A DNA stretch of 64,000 nt from Nemertoderma westbladi (taxonomy: Eukaryota > Animalia > Xenacoelomorpha): contig JAUCBJ010003070.1 in assembly GCA_032718475.1 (NCBI GenBank), forward strand, positions 62,001-126,000, given 5' to 3'. A model generated the notes under the pieces. That model did no database searches, had not been told where the DNA came from, and worked only from the letters and a program-made list of their open reading frames with translations. Positions 37,831-51,687 of this stretch are shown in pieces; positions within the stretch are counted from its first letter, which is position 1, and every line of letters starts with the position of its first letter. A program made the position numbers and the translations under genes.

Positions 37831-38074
37831 TGTTTTTTAGATTTTAAGTTATTTGCGCTTTTTATTGTTGCCTTAATATTCTCAGAATAGAAAGTATCCA
37901 TTTAAATTTTCAGTACATACTTATGATTTAATCATTGGTTTATCACAACATAATTGAAACCAGCACCGAAATAGTATTTTTTACATTTATATTAATAATT
38001 AAGATAAAGAAAATATCGGAGCAAAAAATAATATCTTCTAAATATCTTGTTTAAAAATAATAAATCAATTTTCA

Positions 38075-38640
38075 ATGGCTGCCGGCCTTCACTGCGGTGC
38101 ACCTGTCTGCATTCCTCATACCTGGGTATGTGGCGCCGCGGCTGATGGTTTTGGTTACCACTTCCTCTCATGCTATTCAACAAAAGGCAAGCACGAACGA
38201 CACAGGGAAGGTAACAAAGCATTAACAATGCAATCTATAGAGCTCTTTCTTCAGGTGAGATACCATCCTCACTAGAACCCGTTGGTCTGTGTAGGGACGA
38301 TGGCAAGAGGCCTGATGGTGTGACCCTCTTAAATTGGCACCAAGGTAAAACCTTAGCCTGGGATTTTACATGCGTTATCCGCATGGAAGCCTCATACAGT
38401 TGCTTGGCAGAGTCTGAGGGTACCTCCATAGCAGAGATGGTAGAAGCCAGAAAGATTAAGAAATGCAGTAATATCTCTGCAGCTGTAATAATTCAGCCAA
38501 TTGCAGTAGAGGGCCTCGGAGGTTTCGGCCCACAGACACTAACTATCCTTCCCGCAAGAACTTGGTAGAACTTGGTTTCCTTAGACAGCATTTGTGTACA
38601 AGCTGGAAATGCTTCCTGCATCATGGAGTCCCTTAACTAC
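38075..38640 (+). pseudogene. CRE-like non-LTR retrotransposon 3' fragment (restriction-like endonuclease)
   Basis: Motifs CGAAADGFGYHFLSC...RH, LEPVGL...DGKRPDGVTL..W..GK.LAWDFTC and PIAVEGLGGFG. Confidence 0.75.
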
Positions 38641-40196
38641 ACACCCCTTATCCTCATCAACAACTTGAATTCTTAAGTCCATGGACATACGCTATCGAAT
38701 GATCGTCTCTTCGCTCTGCGCCCTTTTTTTCCTTTGATTTTTTTTATTTTGCTTATTGGTTTTCTTCTTTATTTATCTTTGCAGTTACAGTACCGGTTAT
38801 CCTTTACTATATAATAATTGTTGTACTATGTTGTATTTTCCTCTATTATGTTGTATGATCCTGTATTATTTCCTTTAGGTATATTATATACTTTTCACTA
38901 TTTTGTGTGTGCTGTAATTAATTTATATCTGTTTCATTGTAGTTTAAAATATCTTAAAATTATTATAATAAAATATCTAAGTACAAATTTAAAAAAATAA
39001 TATTGTATTAAAAGTGTGGCACCGAAAGCACAAAATAGCAAAATACTGCACCAAGTCAATAGTTGAATATTGAAAGGTAATATAAATTACTGTAATTCAC
39101 TATTACCATAGTATATTTATTCTTGTAACTTACCATGTTACAATTATAGGTAACATAATTACAGGACAGAAAGTCATATATTAATTAATAATTATTGTAG
39201 ATTTCCAATGCCTATAGGTTAGGTAACATTTCAGATGTTGAACCCAGTGGCGGCCAGAGAGACTATAAAGTAACTAATGAAATCCTAAAATCGTCGTCGT
39301 CATTTGTTCATGAATCGGAGCGAATTTTATTACTACCGGGAAGTGGAGGGGGGAGACCAACATCTGGGTTACCTTCCAGGGGTGGGAAGAGTGGAGGGAG
39401 AGGGGGAGTCCTCCTGTCTCTGTAATTCCTCCATCATTAGGGTCCATTACCTCGCCATCGGGATCTGTAAGTAGGAAAAACAATTCCTTTGTAAATCCTA
39501 AATAAATTTGATCAGTTTAATTCAAATTTATAGTTAAATTTATGAATACAAAGTTATCACAGATAAAAGCTAAAAGATAGCCATAAAAATAAATACTGAA
39601 ATTCGGAATTTGGTATGAATTCGTCAGAGATCCAGGTTTAGCGATAGCTTATTAATGTCTATCATCATTAAATCTTATAATTTTCATTGGGGACAGCTTA
39701 GCAGAGCCGGTATTGACGACCAGGTGGGATCAAACAGATTACCTACATTTGAAGTTCGGCCCTCTATCCATTCTGCTGATTGTGTCTCAGATAAAAGGTA
39801 GACCTTGAAAAACTCCTGATATCTTATATACACGCAAATTACGTCATCATGGCCACCTAACCGTGCAGCCACTATGTTCAACCCTACTTTACTTGCGCAA
39901 TAATTTTTATTGTCCGTTGAAATCCTTTTTTTGTCCTTTTTTTTATTTTTTATGTCCTCCAAAAATCTAATGTTAGGTTCCATGCAACTGTACCGGTTTC
40001 TCTACTGCTGTTCTCTCAGGCTATCAGTACCGGTATTAGTATATATAGCACTATTTTGCTGTATTGTACAGATGTAGGTATAAAGCAGGCATTTCTGTAT
40101 TTTAGTACCGGTACCGGCACCGGTACTGCTGTAGGCCTACTGTGTAGCCTACCATTTAAATACGGTACTGGTAGGCCTACCGGCTGACCGGTTGTT

Positions 40197-40810
40197 TTGG
40201 TTAGAAAATCCCGCGTGGTTAGAAAATCTGTAACCTGCTCCTTTGCCTGATTTGGTAAAGTGACCGTTTATTGTTTTGGTTAGAAAGGCCCGCCTCTGTA
40301 ACCTGCTCCTTTCCTTCATTTTGTAAAGTGACTGTTTATTGTTTTGGTTAGAAAATCCCGCCTCTGTAACCTGCCCCTTTCCCTCAATTAATTAAGTGAT
40401 CGTTTATTGTTTTGGTTAGGAAATCCCGCCTCTGTAACCTGCTCCTTTCTCTCAATTGGTAATGTTATCGTTTATTGTTTTGGATAGAAAATCCCGTCTC
40501 TGTAACCTGCTCCTTTCCCTGAATTGGTAAAGTGACTGTTTATTGTTTTGGTTAGAAAATCCCGCATCTGTAACCTGCTCCTTTCTCTCAATTGGTAATG
40601 TTATCGTTTATTGTTTTGGTTAGAAAATCCCGTCTCTGTAACCTGCACCTTTCCCTCAATTAGTTAAATGATCGTTTATTGTTTTGGTTAGAAAATCCCG
40701 CCTCTGTAACCTGCTCCTTTCCCTGATTTGGTAAAGTGACTGTTTATTGTTTTGGTTAGAAAATCCGGCCTTAACCTGCTCCTTTCCATCAATTGGTAAT
40801 TGTTTTTGGC
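40197..40810. repeat. Tandem array of a ~59-bp unit (about 10 copies)
   Basis: Unit GTTTATTGTTTTGGTTAGAAAATCCCGCCTCTGTAACCTGCTCCTTTCCCTCAATTGGTAAAGTGAC. Related single copies occur near 46508 and 46958. Confidence 0.9.
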
Positions 40811-41527
40811 TATAAAATGAGTGTTTTGTTACGTCATGTGGTAATCTATTATCGACAACAACCACAAACTATTAAATTTAGAGTCTTTTACCACAGGCGC
40901 ATATGGAATTCTATCTCATAGTCTATAAATCATGGAATGTTTTGGCAAAGGTATAGTGAAACCAACATACATAAAAAGTCATTAAAAGGACAATAAAAGT
41001 CATTAAAAGAACAATAAAAGTCATTATGCATAATTCGTAAAAAAAAGGAGGACAAAAAAAGTCAAATAAAAGGACATAAAAAATCACTGCCCTTTACTTG
41101 GCCGTCATATTATCCCAATAATAATCATTAAATCCGGCCACTAAGTATTTAATATGAGTTACATCGGTATTTTCTCAATTGTTTTTTACTTACCGACACC
41201 ACCTTCGCATACAATGCATTTACACGAGCCGTTTTCGAAATGTGTAACATCTACTGTATTACCAGTTGTGTGTTATCGCTACAGAGGAATGGGTGAGGTG
41301 TGGTTGTCGGTTGTCCACTTGTCCAGTACAACATGCGCACTTGGTCTCCAGAACAAATGGACTTATAGCACTTGTTGTATACGTGATTTCTTTCAATTGA
41401 AAGAATGAGTTTCTTGTGTAATGATATATTGAGACAATCACTTAAGACACCATGATTAAATTGTGAAAATTAAGTTGATGATCATCAGTGGGCATGGATC
41501 TGAGGGATCATGGATCACTCACATGTA

Positions 41528-43963
41528 TCAGTGTCCAAAGAAAGGGCACTTAAGTTTAAAACGACGTTTCTGTTTATCTCACATTTAGTCAGATGTTGGT
41601 CTAAAAAATCGATTTTCTTTTTATTATCTCATTACGTCCGAAATTTTATTGAGATTTCAAATATACAATCGGCTTCGTTATATCTTTTTTCGTTTTGAAG
41701 ATATTTCGCGAAAAGTAAGGGAAACTCAAAAATGGTTACAACACACAAACTATTTTTTCAGTTCCTTGTTCAGTTTTTCAGATCCGAAATAAAAATTTAA
41801 AACTCTGATTGACCATCTACATACGTTTTGTGGAGTGCCGAATGCAATGGCAATATTTATTAGGTGACTGAACGGACGGCTTTATAGTAATTTTTGTTGG
41901 GTGCTAAATTTGAAATTTTGGTGCTGGCGCCAACTTTTTGCACCCAGTGAAAAGTAGAAGTTCGATTGGTCTGTTTGTGTTTTACTTGGATCAGTTGAAT
42001 TCCTTACCACAGAAAACGTAAATAAAAATCAAATTGATACTATTCAATAAAATTTCAAGAAATTGAAAATTTGACATTTTGGTGCTGGCACCACCTTAAA
42101 CCAGTTAAAGTAGTATTTTCGTTTCCATGGTAGTATTATAATTAATTCAGTTGAATTCTCCTCCCAAAAAACTAGAACATGCCAAATTAATAGAGATCTT
42201 TGAATGAAAGTTCATGAAACAGATACAATTTGAAATTTAAATTCCATGTTGGCATGCATACCAGCTTCACTGAACTTACAATATATGTGAATTTATATAT
42301 ATATGAAATATATTGAAAAACAGCTCAAAAAAATGTTGGGTCGAATATCATAATTAACCTAATTCTAGAACATTCATATTTTATCTTCACTTTAACTGAA
42401 CGTTGGAAAATGTATAACAAGCTTGAAAAAAGCTCAAAAAAACTAGAAAAAAAGAAAAAAAAAAGCTAGAAAAACAGTTAAAATAAGCTCAGAATACCGC
42501 ACATAAAAAAGCAGCGCGGCGACGGGGCCTTAAAACACTCATACAATGAAATGGTACGCTCATTCGATCAACGCACCACACTACTTTTTTTTTAATTAAA
42601 CAATTTAATTTAAAAAATTAAAATTATACTACAAAGGAGCAATGTGTAAGAATAAAAAGTATGTTTTGTATTATACAAATCTCAATTGTATTCGAAGGTC
42701 CTCACCTGACTTACGGATCCATGATCCCAGGTAACAGAAGTCATCCACATGCTCAAGCATACCATCTTTTGAGCTTATGCTCATCCGATCAGAGACTTGC
42801 TGAGGACTTTCAAAGTTAACTGTCAAAATTTTGGTCTTTCTGTAGTTAATAAAAAGACCAACACTAGAAGCAGCATATTCTAATGAGCTTTAATATTAAA
42901 TTATCTTAATATGTTACGAATTAATGTCGATAGCTAAGAAGAAAAAAACATTGCCAAAATAAAACACATAATTTCATTTTCTAGAATGTATTTCAGTGAT
43001 ACGGCATAGATATCACATGGGGCAACTTTTGTTTCTGCGACTGTTTCTGAAACAAAAGTTGGTCAGTGTGAGGGGATCAGCAAAAAGTTGCTGGACAGGA
43101 CACACTCAGAAACAGTCCAGAAACAACTTGCTGCAACATTTTTAAAAAGGTATGTTCTAGATACATTTTCAAAAACTTTTATTAAATCACATTTTTCAAC
43201 TAGCTAATATTAGATCATTTGGGTGGTTAAAAAAATTATTTATAATTATGTCTGGAGATGTTGGATATTTATTTTGAAATAATTGATATTTTATTGAGCA
43301 ACAAGTTTCCCACGCGTGAGGAGTCCAGCAATAACTTGCAAAAAACAAGTTACAGAAACAAATTGATCCGTGTGCGGAAAACCTTACTACACAGTTCAGC
43401 CTTAATGATAACGACAAACAGACAGACATACTGTACGTAGACGAAAAAATTGTAAAAACTGGGTATACATATTTTATACGCACTGTTATATTCTTCAAAA
43501 AAATATACTTAACCTACAGTAATTAGATGCAGAAATTATTCAGCTCGCGTTTCCGTTTTATAACAGGTATAAAAGTTTTACTTGGATTAAAACTGATCTA
43601 GTACAAAAGTCTCCTAATTATTATCTTTAATCCAAGCCATTAAGGCACATAGTAAAAAGCATAATTAAATTAGACACAAACAAATAGCGCATCCCGACCT
43701 ACATACATTATACAAAAAATAAAGCACAATAGTAAAAGTATTATAATGTGATGTGACACTGTAAATAACATAAAACATAGTAATCATTACTTTAGTCGTA
43801 CAGAATACGACTATCAGGCATTTCCCTGATACGGGAAATGTTACCTGCACAACTTCATTTGCATTCGAATTTGGTATCAAAATGACCGCCTTTTATAGGG
43901 AAATTCAATTCTACAACAGAAATTCGAAAATTTGAACTTAAGGGCACTTTCTTTGGACACTGA
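41528..43963. mobile_element. Non-autonomous Tc1/mariner-like element
   Basis: TIR TCAGTGTCCAAAGAAAG(G/T)GC(A/C)CTTAAGTT at both ends, flanked by TA. Confidence 0.75.
42688..42889 (-). mobile_element. Internal fragment of the same RTE-like LINE family as 22368 and 26264
   Basis: Its reverse complement matches ~26568-26763. Confidence 0.85.
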
Positions 43964-45911
43964 TACATATTCATATCCACCAAATTAGACACTGGAAAGT
44001 ACAGAGATCTGCTTTCATTATGTAGTGGCGACAAGCCAGTTATACCCCTGAATTACACGGCCTTCTATCGAGGACTTTCCCATTAATTATCTTTATTATT
44101 GTGATAGTGATTATTAGTGATTAAAGTGATTATTATCAATATTATATAGTTTACAGGTGTATCTGCAGAAATGAATTTGCAAATATTTGACGAAGTGAAG
44201 TATTTGATTTATGACGTCATCGAGTATTGGGGACAAAAAAAATTTATTTTTTTGAAAGAGCTGATCATTTTGAACTCATTCATAACAACTACAAAACCAT
44301 TAAAAAATTACCCCGCCCATGAAGGATATATAGTGCCCAGATTGTGTGGCAATACTTCAATGGAGAATGGCCTTCACCCCATAGATGACCAATTTGTCAG
44401 CATGAGGCACAAGGTTTAACATAAAGCCTTTATCACAGTTGCTGATACTAGACCGATGGTGTAATACAGTGGAGACACGGTGAGATACCCGACAATAATA
44501 CGTGGAATGGAAGAATAGTCAAGCGTAGGGCATGGTCAAGCTATCCTGATGGAAGGATTCGCAGATCCTTCATATTGATTGCATTGTGTCTTTTACTGAT
44601 GAATAGGAGATAGTACAGTATGTGGCAATTATTAGAATAAAAAGTGTATAAAGATGCCATTAACATTCAGGAGTATGTGTGCCCTTTCCTTTGGTTGATG
44701 TAAGGCTGGGAAGTAGGTCCGTTTAGTATTAGAATCCTCCAGCTTTAGATTAACTTTCCCTTCCCAAGACTGTAAGATTCTATAGTTCATTCAGCGTTTG
44801 ACCAAATATTAGTATGTCTTCTGCATATGACAGTAACCTAATCAACAAGTAGATGTACCAATAATTAAATATATGCTATTGATTAATTAGTAATATTTTA
44901 AATATTTATTAATATTATTTATCATTATAAATGCTACTAGAACCGAATACGAGAATTTATTTTTGATGGAAACCTGACCACGATTAATAATAATTAACTA
45001 AAGAATATTGATGATTTCCAGTACCTTGGGGCAGGGATATAGGGCAGCAGAAAAGACAGCAGTTAGAAAAGCTCTATCAAAAATGGATACCATCTGAATA
45101 TACCGGATCTACTTTTCTGATTTTTAGGGAACAAACGGGCCACATTTCACTAAAGCCCGCAATTTACTTGATACAGTAAACTAACTAACTTCCCACTACT
45201 CATATAACAGAATGACTCTAATGGTGCTTAATATCTTTGTTGCAACGTCCAATGATATTTTTTTAATTAAGAAATACTCCCACAAGCACACTAACGGGTA
45301 AATAAACAAATCTTTTGACTACTTTGATCTAATCCAATCTGTCCATAAATTATTCTCTTGCTGAACTCCATACCAATACATAAACTAAAGTAGTGAATAT
45401 TTGATTCTTAAAAAATCGGCTCATTCGATCGCAATGAGTAATAGACAGTAAATAAAATTAGCCAACTCCCCATACGTTCATTAAATATTAACGAGCTATA
45501 TTCATTACGCAAGTTACTTTGAACCTATCACATAAAACTTTGTTTATCATCTCAACTGTCTAAACTTGTAAGCCAATATCGATCAATCAAGGTAAAACTA
45601 AAAAGGAGTGCGGTCCTCTATTATAAGAACAACCTCAGCCAAAATGAATATTCCATAAACACCCCATGATGTATATTTGTATAACTGACCTGATTTGCTA
45701 AGGTTCGCCCACACTATCGATACCGTTACCGATTATAAAAGGTACCCAATAAATGCGAATGTACCTACAAAGGTGTCGTCGCGTTACGGCTAATTTGTTG
45801 GGAGATTAGCCATAACGCGACTAACGCGTGGTACGGCTACTCTAAAAGTCGCGTTATGGCGAATTGTCGCGTTACGGCTAATCTATTGTCTTGGTTATAA
45901 ATAGGGAATCA

Positions 45912-45933
45912 TCTATACCTATAAAAATCAAAT

Positions 45934-45993
<60 letters not shown>

Positions 45994-46500
45994 GATAGCC
46001 GATTTCTAGTTGTGCCGACGCACTATTTGTTCAGAGTTGTGCCCTTTCAGTGGGACTGATTATTTGAAAATTGTGGTGACATCAATTCCTGTGCTACCAC
46101 TAGGGGGTGTGGTGTATAATGTGAGGGTAATGTGAGGGAGTGATATTGCTTTTTCGTCTTTGGTTATTTATTGATATTAAGTTTCTTTGACTGTAGGCAC
46201 AACTTGGTGTCCGGAAACATCATATATCGTGTATAATTGAGGGGAATGACAAATTGAATATTTAAGATCGCGATGTTATATTATAGTGCTTTTAATGAAA
46301 CATCGAATATCACTAATTTTTAATTGTATAAGTTGTTGAACAAATTATATGAATGATGAATGGGAAATTATTTTTATTATATTTTTATTATAAGGTGGTC
46401 GATAAAGCAATTTCCAGGCTCAATTTCTTTGTAAATGTACGGTCTCAGGAATTCTTAGCATGCGAGTATTCCTAGCCAGTGGGTATTCTTAGCCAGCGAA
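45912..46500 (+). mobile_element. Possible non-autonomous Helitron-like element with a (CT)n microsatellite at 45943-45992
   Basis: Starts TCTATACCTATAAAA followed by tctgtctgt(ct)n. The 3' end is poorly defined. Confidence 0.35.
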
Positions 46501-47209
46501 ACAATAACGTTTATTGTTTTGGTTCCCCCAATACTCCTCTGAAACCTGCTCCTTTGCTAACCTGCTCCTTTACTAACTCGCAATTTGAATCGCGAGATTT
46601 GAATCGATCGCGAAATTTGAATCATTGCTTCACGAAATAGAAGAAAAGGATTATTGTAATATTTCGTTTTATTCCATATCGTAACATCCAATCTTTTAAC
46701 ACCCTATCTCGTATAATCATGCCTCCCCCATCTCGTACCACGTAATGCATTATTGTCAAAAAATTTGCAAAATAAACTTGGTCTATAATCCGATCTATAG
46801 ACTCTTGGGTGTCCACAACGGTATTAGTACATAGAACAACATATTGGCAATAATAATTTGCTACAAGCGTGCAATAATAAATACAAAAGGGTGAGTACAA
46901 AACAAATACACAAGACCAAAAAACTTAAGACCTGTACGAAACACATGTGATAACTTTCGTTTATTGTTTTGGTTCCCCCAACTATGACTATGTAACCTGC
47001 TCCTTTACTAACCTGCTCCTTTAAATGCCAATGAGACCTAACGCTCTTTGGGACCTAACGCTAGTTTACCTCTTAGTTTTGTAAGTCCTTGGTCTTCGTT
47101 TTGTACTGACCCAGATACAAGCCAGATACAAGAGCAGAAAACCAGCTATATCGTCCTGCTACAACGTTATTAACTTCAGCAACTGTATCATAGACCTATT
47201 TGCCTTTAA

Positions 47210-47898
47210 CACTTTGCGTACCAACACGGTACGAGTTCATCAGACTTATTGTCACGACACGTACTCGTGTTCATAATTCATGAAAATGCTCATAATGCCG
47301 CCTTTAAATACTGTAATTATAACTTAACCCCCATGGCAGCAAAGTGCCACCTTTACATATATATAATATTATCCTGATCCCCAGGGTAGCAGTGTTTCGC
47401 CTTTATATAATTATAACCTAACCCTCATGGCGGCAGAGTGCCGCCTTTACATACTGTATATTATCCTGACTCCCAGGGCGACAGGGTGCCGCCTCTTTAT
47501 AAAAACCTCTTATAACTTTCTTATAACTATTGGGGCGGATAAATGGAGTTCATATTCGTGTCGTGCAGGAAAAACTGGTCTAGAAAAATTAATTTATTGC
47601 TTGAAGGGATTCCTGTTGGTTTGATTAATTTTAAATTACATAGTTTATGCAATTTAATTTAAATTTAGCCAATAATTATGTTACAAATGATTAAGGCTGC
47701 AGTGTGCCCCCCGGAGTTCAAATGAAAGATTTCTAAATTTCGAAAATGGTTAAAGGCGGCAGTGTGCCGCCTTTGAGGGTAGGATAAGTAATAATATGGT
47801 TATCCTCTTTATATATAACAACAAAATAAACCTTGGTACGATCAAATATACTTTCTTGGAAGTAAAAATCTTTATCTTTATCTTTGGTACACAAAGGG
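47210..47898. mobile_element. piggyBac-like MITE
   Basis: TTAA-CACTTTGCGTACC at the left end and GGTACACAAAGGG at the right end, with internal GTGCCGCCTTT repeats. The right TTAA is not preserved. Confidence 0.4.
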
Positions 47899-48005
47899 CT
47901 ACACTTATTTTCTTAAAATTTAATAATAGTTTGAGTAGGTTCTCGAGAATTTCGTTGCCATATTCGTAAACATGACGATTGTAATGTTGTGATAGACATA
48001 AGAGC

Positions 48006-49052
48006 TTAGGGCGGTGCGTTTTTTACTTTTTATCGATTTCATTGTTCTACCGGTGCACAAAAGTTGCCAAATGGTAAAAAAATAAGGCAAAAAAAATTCT
48101 TTCAATTTCATCTATATCTTCACGGATCCCAAGAGGGTTGAAATTTTGTGCCATCGCGATGCACCATAATGAAATGTATAACAATATAACACATTGATGA
48201 AAGATCAATGACTCAAAAAAGAACTTCCTGCATGCATCAAATGTCATGAAATGGGTCCAAACTTTGTTAGATACCAAAATTTTAACTTTTGGGTCAAGGG
48301 AAGTAGTGCCACAGGCACATGGCCAGAACCTACCATTTGGCGCAAGTGATGATTATTCTCAATTTTCGCGATGGCCAACTTTGATTTATCCTACTGCATT
48401 CATATTATGCTCATTAGAACCGCAATGGCCGATTTAGTGGGGGTAGACACCTTCAAAACAAACGTAGAGCGAATAGTTCTTGAGATATCGCAGAAAATGT
48501 GAAGTCCGGCACAAGTCTACATTACCGCCTTGATGTGATATGGACAAATACACAACAAATGATATTTTGAATTATATCAAGGAATCAAATTCGCTCTATG
48601 CTTATTTTGATGGTGTCTACCCCCACTAAATCGGTCATTGCGGTTCTAATGAGCATAATAATAATGCCGTAGGAGAACTAAAAGTTGTCCATCACCAAAA
48701 TTGAGAATAATCATCACTTGCGCCAAAGAGTAGGTTCTGGTCATGTGCCTGTGGCACAACTTCCCTTGATCCAAAAATTAAAATTTTGGTATCTAACTAA
48801 GTTTGGACCCATTTTATGACATTTGATGCATGCAGGAAGTTCTTTTTTGGGTCATTGATCTTTCATCAATGTGTTATATTGTTATACATTTCATTATGGT
48901 GCATCGCGATGGCACAAAATTTCAACCCTCTTGGGATCCGTGAAGATATAGATGAAATTTAAAGAAAGATTGAAATTTATTTACCATTTGGCAACTTTTG
49001 TGCACCGGTAGAACAATGAAATCGAAAAAAAGTAAAAAACGCACCGCCCTAA
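48006..49052. mobile_element. Palindromic (foldback) DNA element with ~480-bp arms
   Basis: TTAGGGCGGTGCG...CGCACCGCCCTAA with long, highly similar inverted arms; flanking AGAGC duplication at 48001-48005 and 49053-49057. Confidence 0.9.
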
Positions 49053-49540
49053 AGAGCATATTGCTTAAAATATATTAAATTTAATATAAATATAATTTGC
49101 TATACAAATTTCTGGCTGCTTATATTGCATGCATATAGTCCAACAAAATCAAATCAAGTCTCACACAGTCTCATATAGGAATAAGCAATCAAAGTGTAAT
49201 CTATGTACCCCTTTCGATATCGCTTAATGCACTGAATTCTTAATAATAATATAGAATTATTTCTTATATTTAATAAACTGTAATTTTATTAGGAAGAACT
49301 TTCACCTTTCTGTAATATAGTATACTTCTAAGAATACACCTCATTAGTAATAATAATGTTATAAGTTTAATTAGATTGTTTACTCGGGCAAATGGGTGGC
49401 TTTTAATATAAATGCTATTTAATTATTTATTTAATACTAAATATTATTACCCTTAACAAAGGATGTTACCCAATACATGAAAACTATTTTTTGCTCCAAT
49501 CATGTCTTGATCAATAAAATATAAAAAAGTAGAAAGTTTC

Positions 49541-50767
49541 GCTGATCACGATACAACTCGTTAAAAATAAGTTGTGGTAACGAAACAATCATTTTTGGTG
49601 TTTGTCTGGTGGGACGAAAAATACAAGTTAGCGTAAAATTTCAAACGCCAAAATTCGATTTCTTCGAAATTTTGGTTGGATAATAACGATATTTGGTAAT
49701 GGTGAAAAATATCGAGACTTGAAAAATATCGAGAGTAAAAATAACGAGAGTAAAAATATCGAGAGTAAAAATAACGAGTGTTGAAAAATAACGTGATTAA
49801 AAAATATCGAGAGTAAAAATAACGCGAGATGAAAAATATCGAAAATAACGAGTGTTGAAAAATATCGAGAGTAAAAATAACGAGTGTTGAAAAATATCGA
49901 GTGTTGAAAAATATCGAGAGTAAAAATATTGCATTTTGCTTGAGCATTTTATTTAGAATTATGGAACAATATTGCAGTGCATGGGTTACAACAGTGCAAG
50001 TGCAAGTAAATGGCATTATGTAATACACCTTGGGTACCCATTTACCAGATTTATTATACTAGCTAGTTTTTGCTATTTTTTTAATAAATATTATAAAAGA
50101 AGTGCTAGCTATAAATTTTGATAAATATTATAAATATTGTTAAATATTATATTAGAACACGTATAAGCTACCAAATGTTGATAAATATTGTTGTTCTAGA
50201 ACATTTTTAGTAAAAGAAATTATCATACAACCCTTATTTAAAAAAATTGTTACTGTCGATATTTTTACTCTCGATATTTTTCAACATTCTATATTTTTTC
50301 AACACTCGATATTTTTACTCTCGATATTTTTCAACACTCGATATATTTCAACACTCGATATTTTTCAACACTCGATATTTTTCAACACTCGATATTTTTA
50401 CTCTCGATATTTTTCAACACTCGATATTTTTACTCTCGATATTTTTACTCTCGATATTTTTCAACACTCGATATTTTTACTCTCGATATTTTTCAACACT
50501 CGATATTTTTACTCTCGATATTTTTCAACACTCGATATTTTTACTCTCGATATTTTTACTCTCGATATTTTTCAACACTCGGTATTTTTACTCTCGATAT
50601 TTTTACCCTCGATATTTTTACTCTCGATATTTTTTGAACTCTCAATATTATCGTTATTTTTCAACACTCGGTGTTTTTACTCGCGTTATTTTTACTCTCG
50701 ATATTTTTCATGTCTCGATATTTTTCAATATAACTCGATATTTTTGAGTGTCATGTTCGTGATCAGC
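49541..50767. mobile_element. Foldback-like element with inverted minisatellite arrays
   Basis: An (AAAAATATCGAGAGT)n-type array at ~49700-49930 faces (ACTCTCGATATTTTT / CAACACTCGATATTTTT)n at ~50255-50745. Outer inverted motifs are GCTGATCACGA and TCGTGATCAGC. Confidence 0.7.
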
Positions 50768-51612
50768 ATCCCAAAAAAACCTATATGGTCATCAAATTAT
50801 TTGGTTTTATTAAGGATTAAAAAATCTTGTTTGTAATGCAAAAAATTGATTCAAAATCGAAATACGGCCCTCGCACAGCACAATATATAATATGTATATG
50901 AGATCATCCACTGTGTTCATCCGTGGGAGTTAGTGTGGAGTCCCCCTTGCCTTGTACGTAAAAACAAGAGAAGGAAGCAAGTGAAAGAGTGCCCTTAATA
51001 TTGCCTCCAGTAGTGTTTCATATTCACAGATAAATTTACATTATTATGAATTATTATGATGAACCCGAATTATTATGAACCCGAATTTGTGGGGCAAGGG
51101 GCCTTCCTATTTACATCACAAATCAATATCGCCGTAGTCCGGCTGCCCCATCCATTGCATTAGCTACACTACTGTCTGGCCAGCAGACATATATTCGCCT
51201 TCAAGCTCGATATATTGCCTTCTCTAACAATGGCATCGCCGTTCACTCCATGTAAACAATTAATGTTCCTACAACTCGTGTTATAAATTCCATGAGATAA
51301 TTTTAATCAATATTGATGGTGTCATTTGTTTGATGTTAGCACAACTATTACATGTTAGCAGAACTCTAGTCAATGATTTTTGAATGTTCAAGAAGAGGAC
51401 GCTAAAGGGATACACGATTTTTTTCCCTCACATTTCAGGTATTGCAAAGTGGCACTTGTGCTAACATTACAAAGAGTACATGGGGACCCGATCAAAACGT
51501 CGGACACATGTTCCTGATCAAATGTCAGCTCAACTTGTTACCACTATTTTTTTGTCACCACAACTGCCATTTTTGATAGCCAAATGTTAGCACAACTGCC
51601 AGTTGGATATTC

Positions 51613-51616
51613 CTCT

Positions 51617-51683
<67 letters not shown>
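51613..51683. repeat. (CT)n microsatellite
   Basis: Read directly from the sequence. Confidence 0.95.

Positions 51684-51687
<4 letters not shown>

Noticed and set aside
40197-40810. CRISPR-like array
   Set aside because: The units are contiguous tandem repeats without unique spacers, there are no cas genes, and the context is eukaryotic.
47215-47250. CTGATGA hammerhead core on the minus strand
   Set aside because: No GAAA follows the stem; the sequence is better explained as a MITE terminus.
48006-48011. TTAGGG as a telomeric repeat
   Set aside because: It is a single unit forming the TIR end, not an array.
49561-50747. 155-aa and 166-aa repetitive ORFs
   Set aside because: They are translations of stop-free minisatellites.
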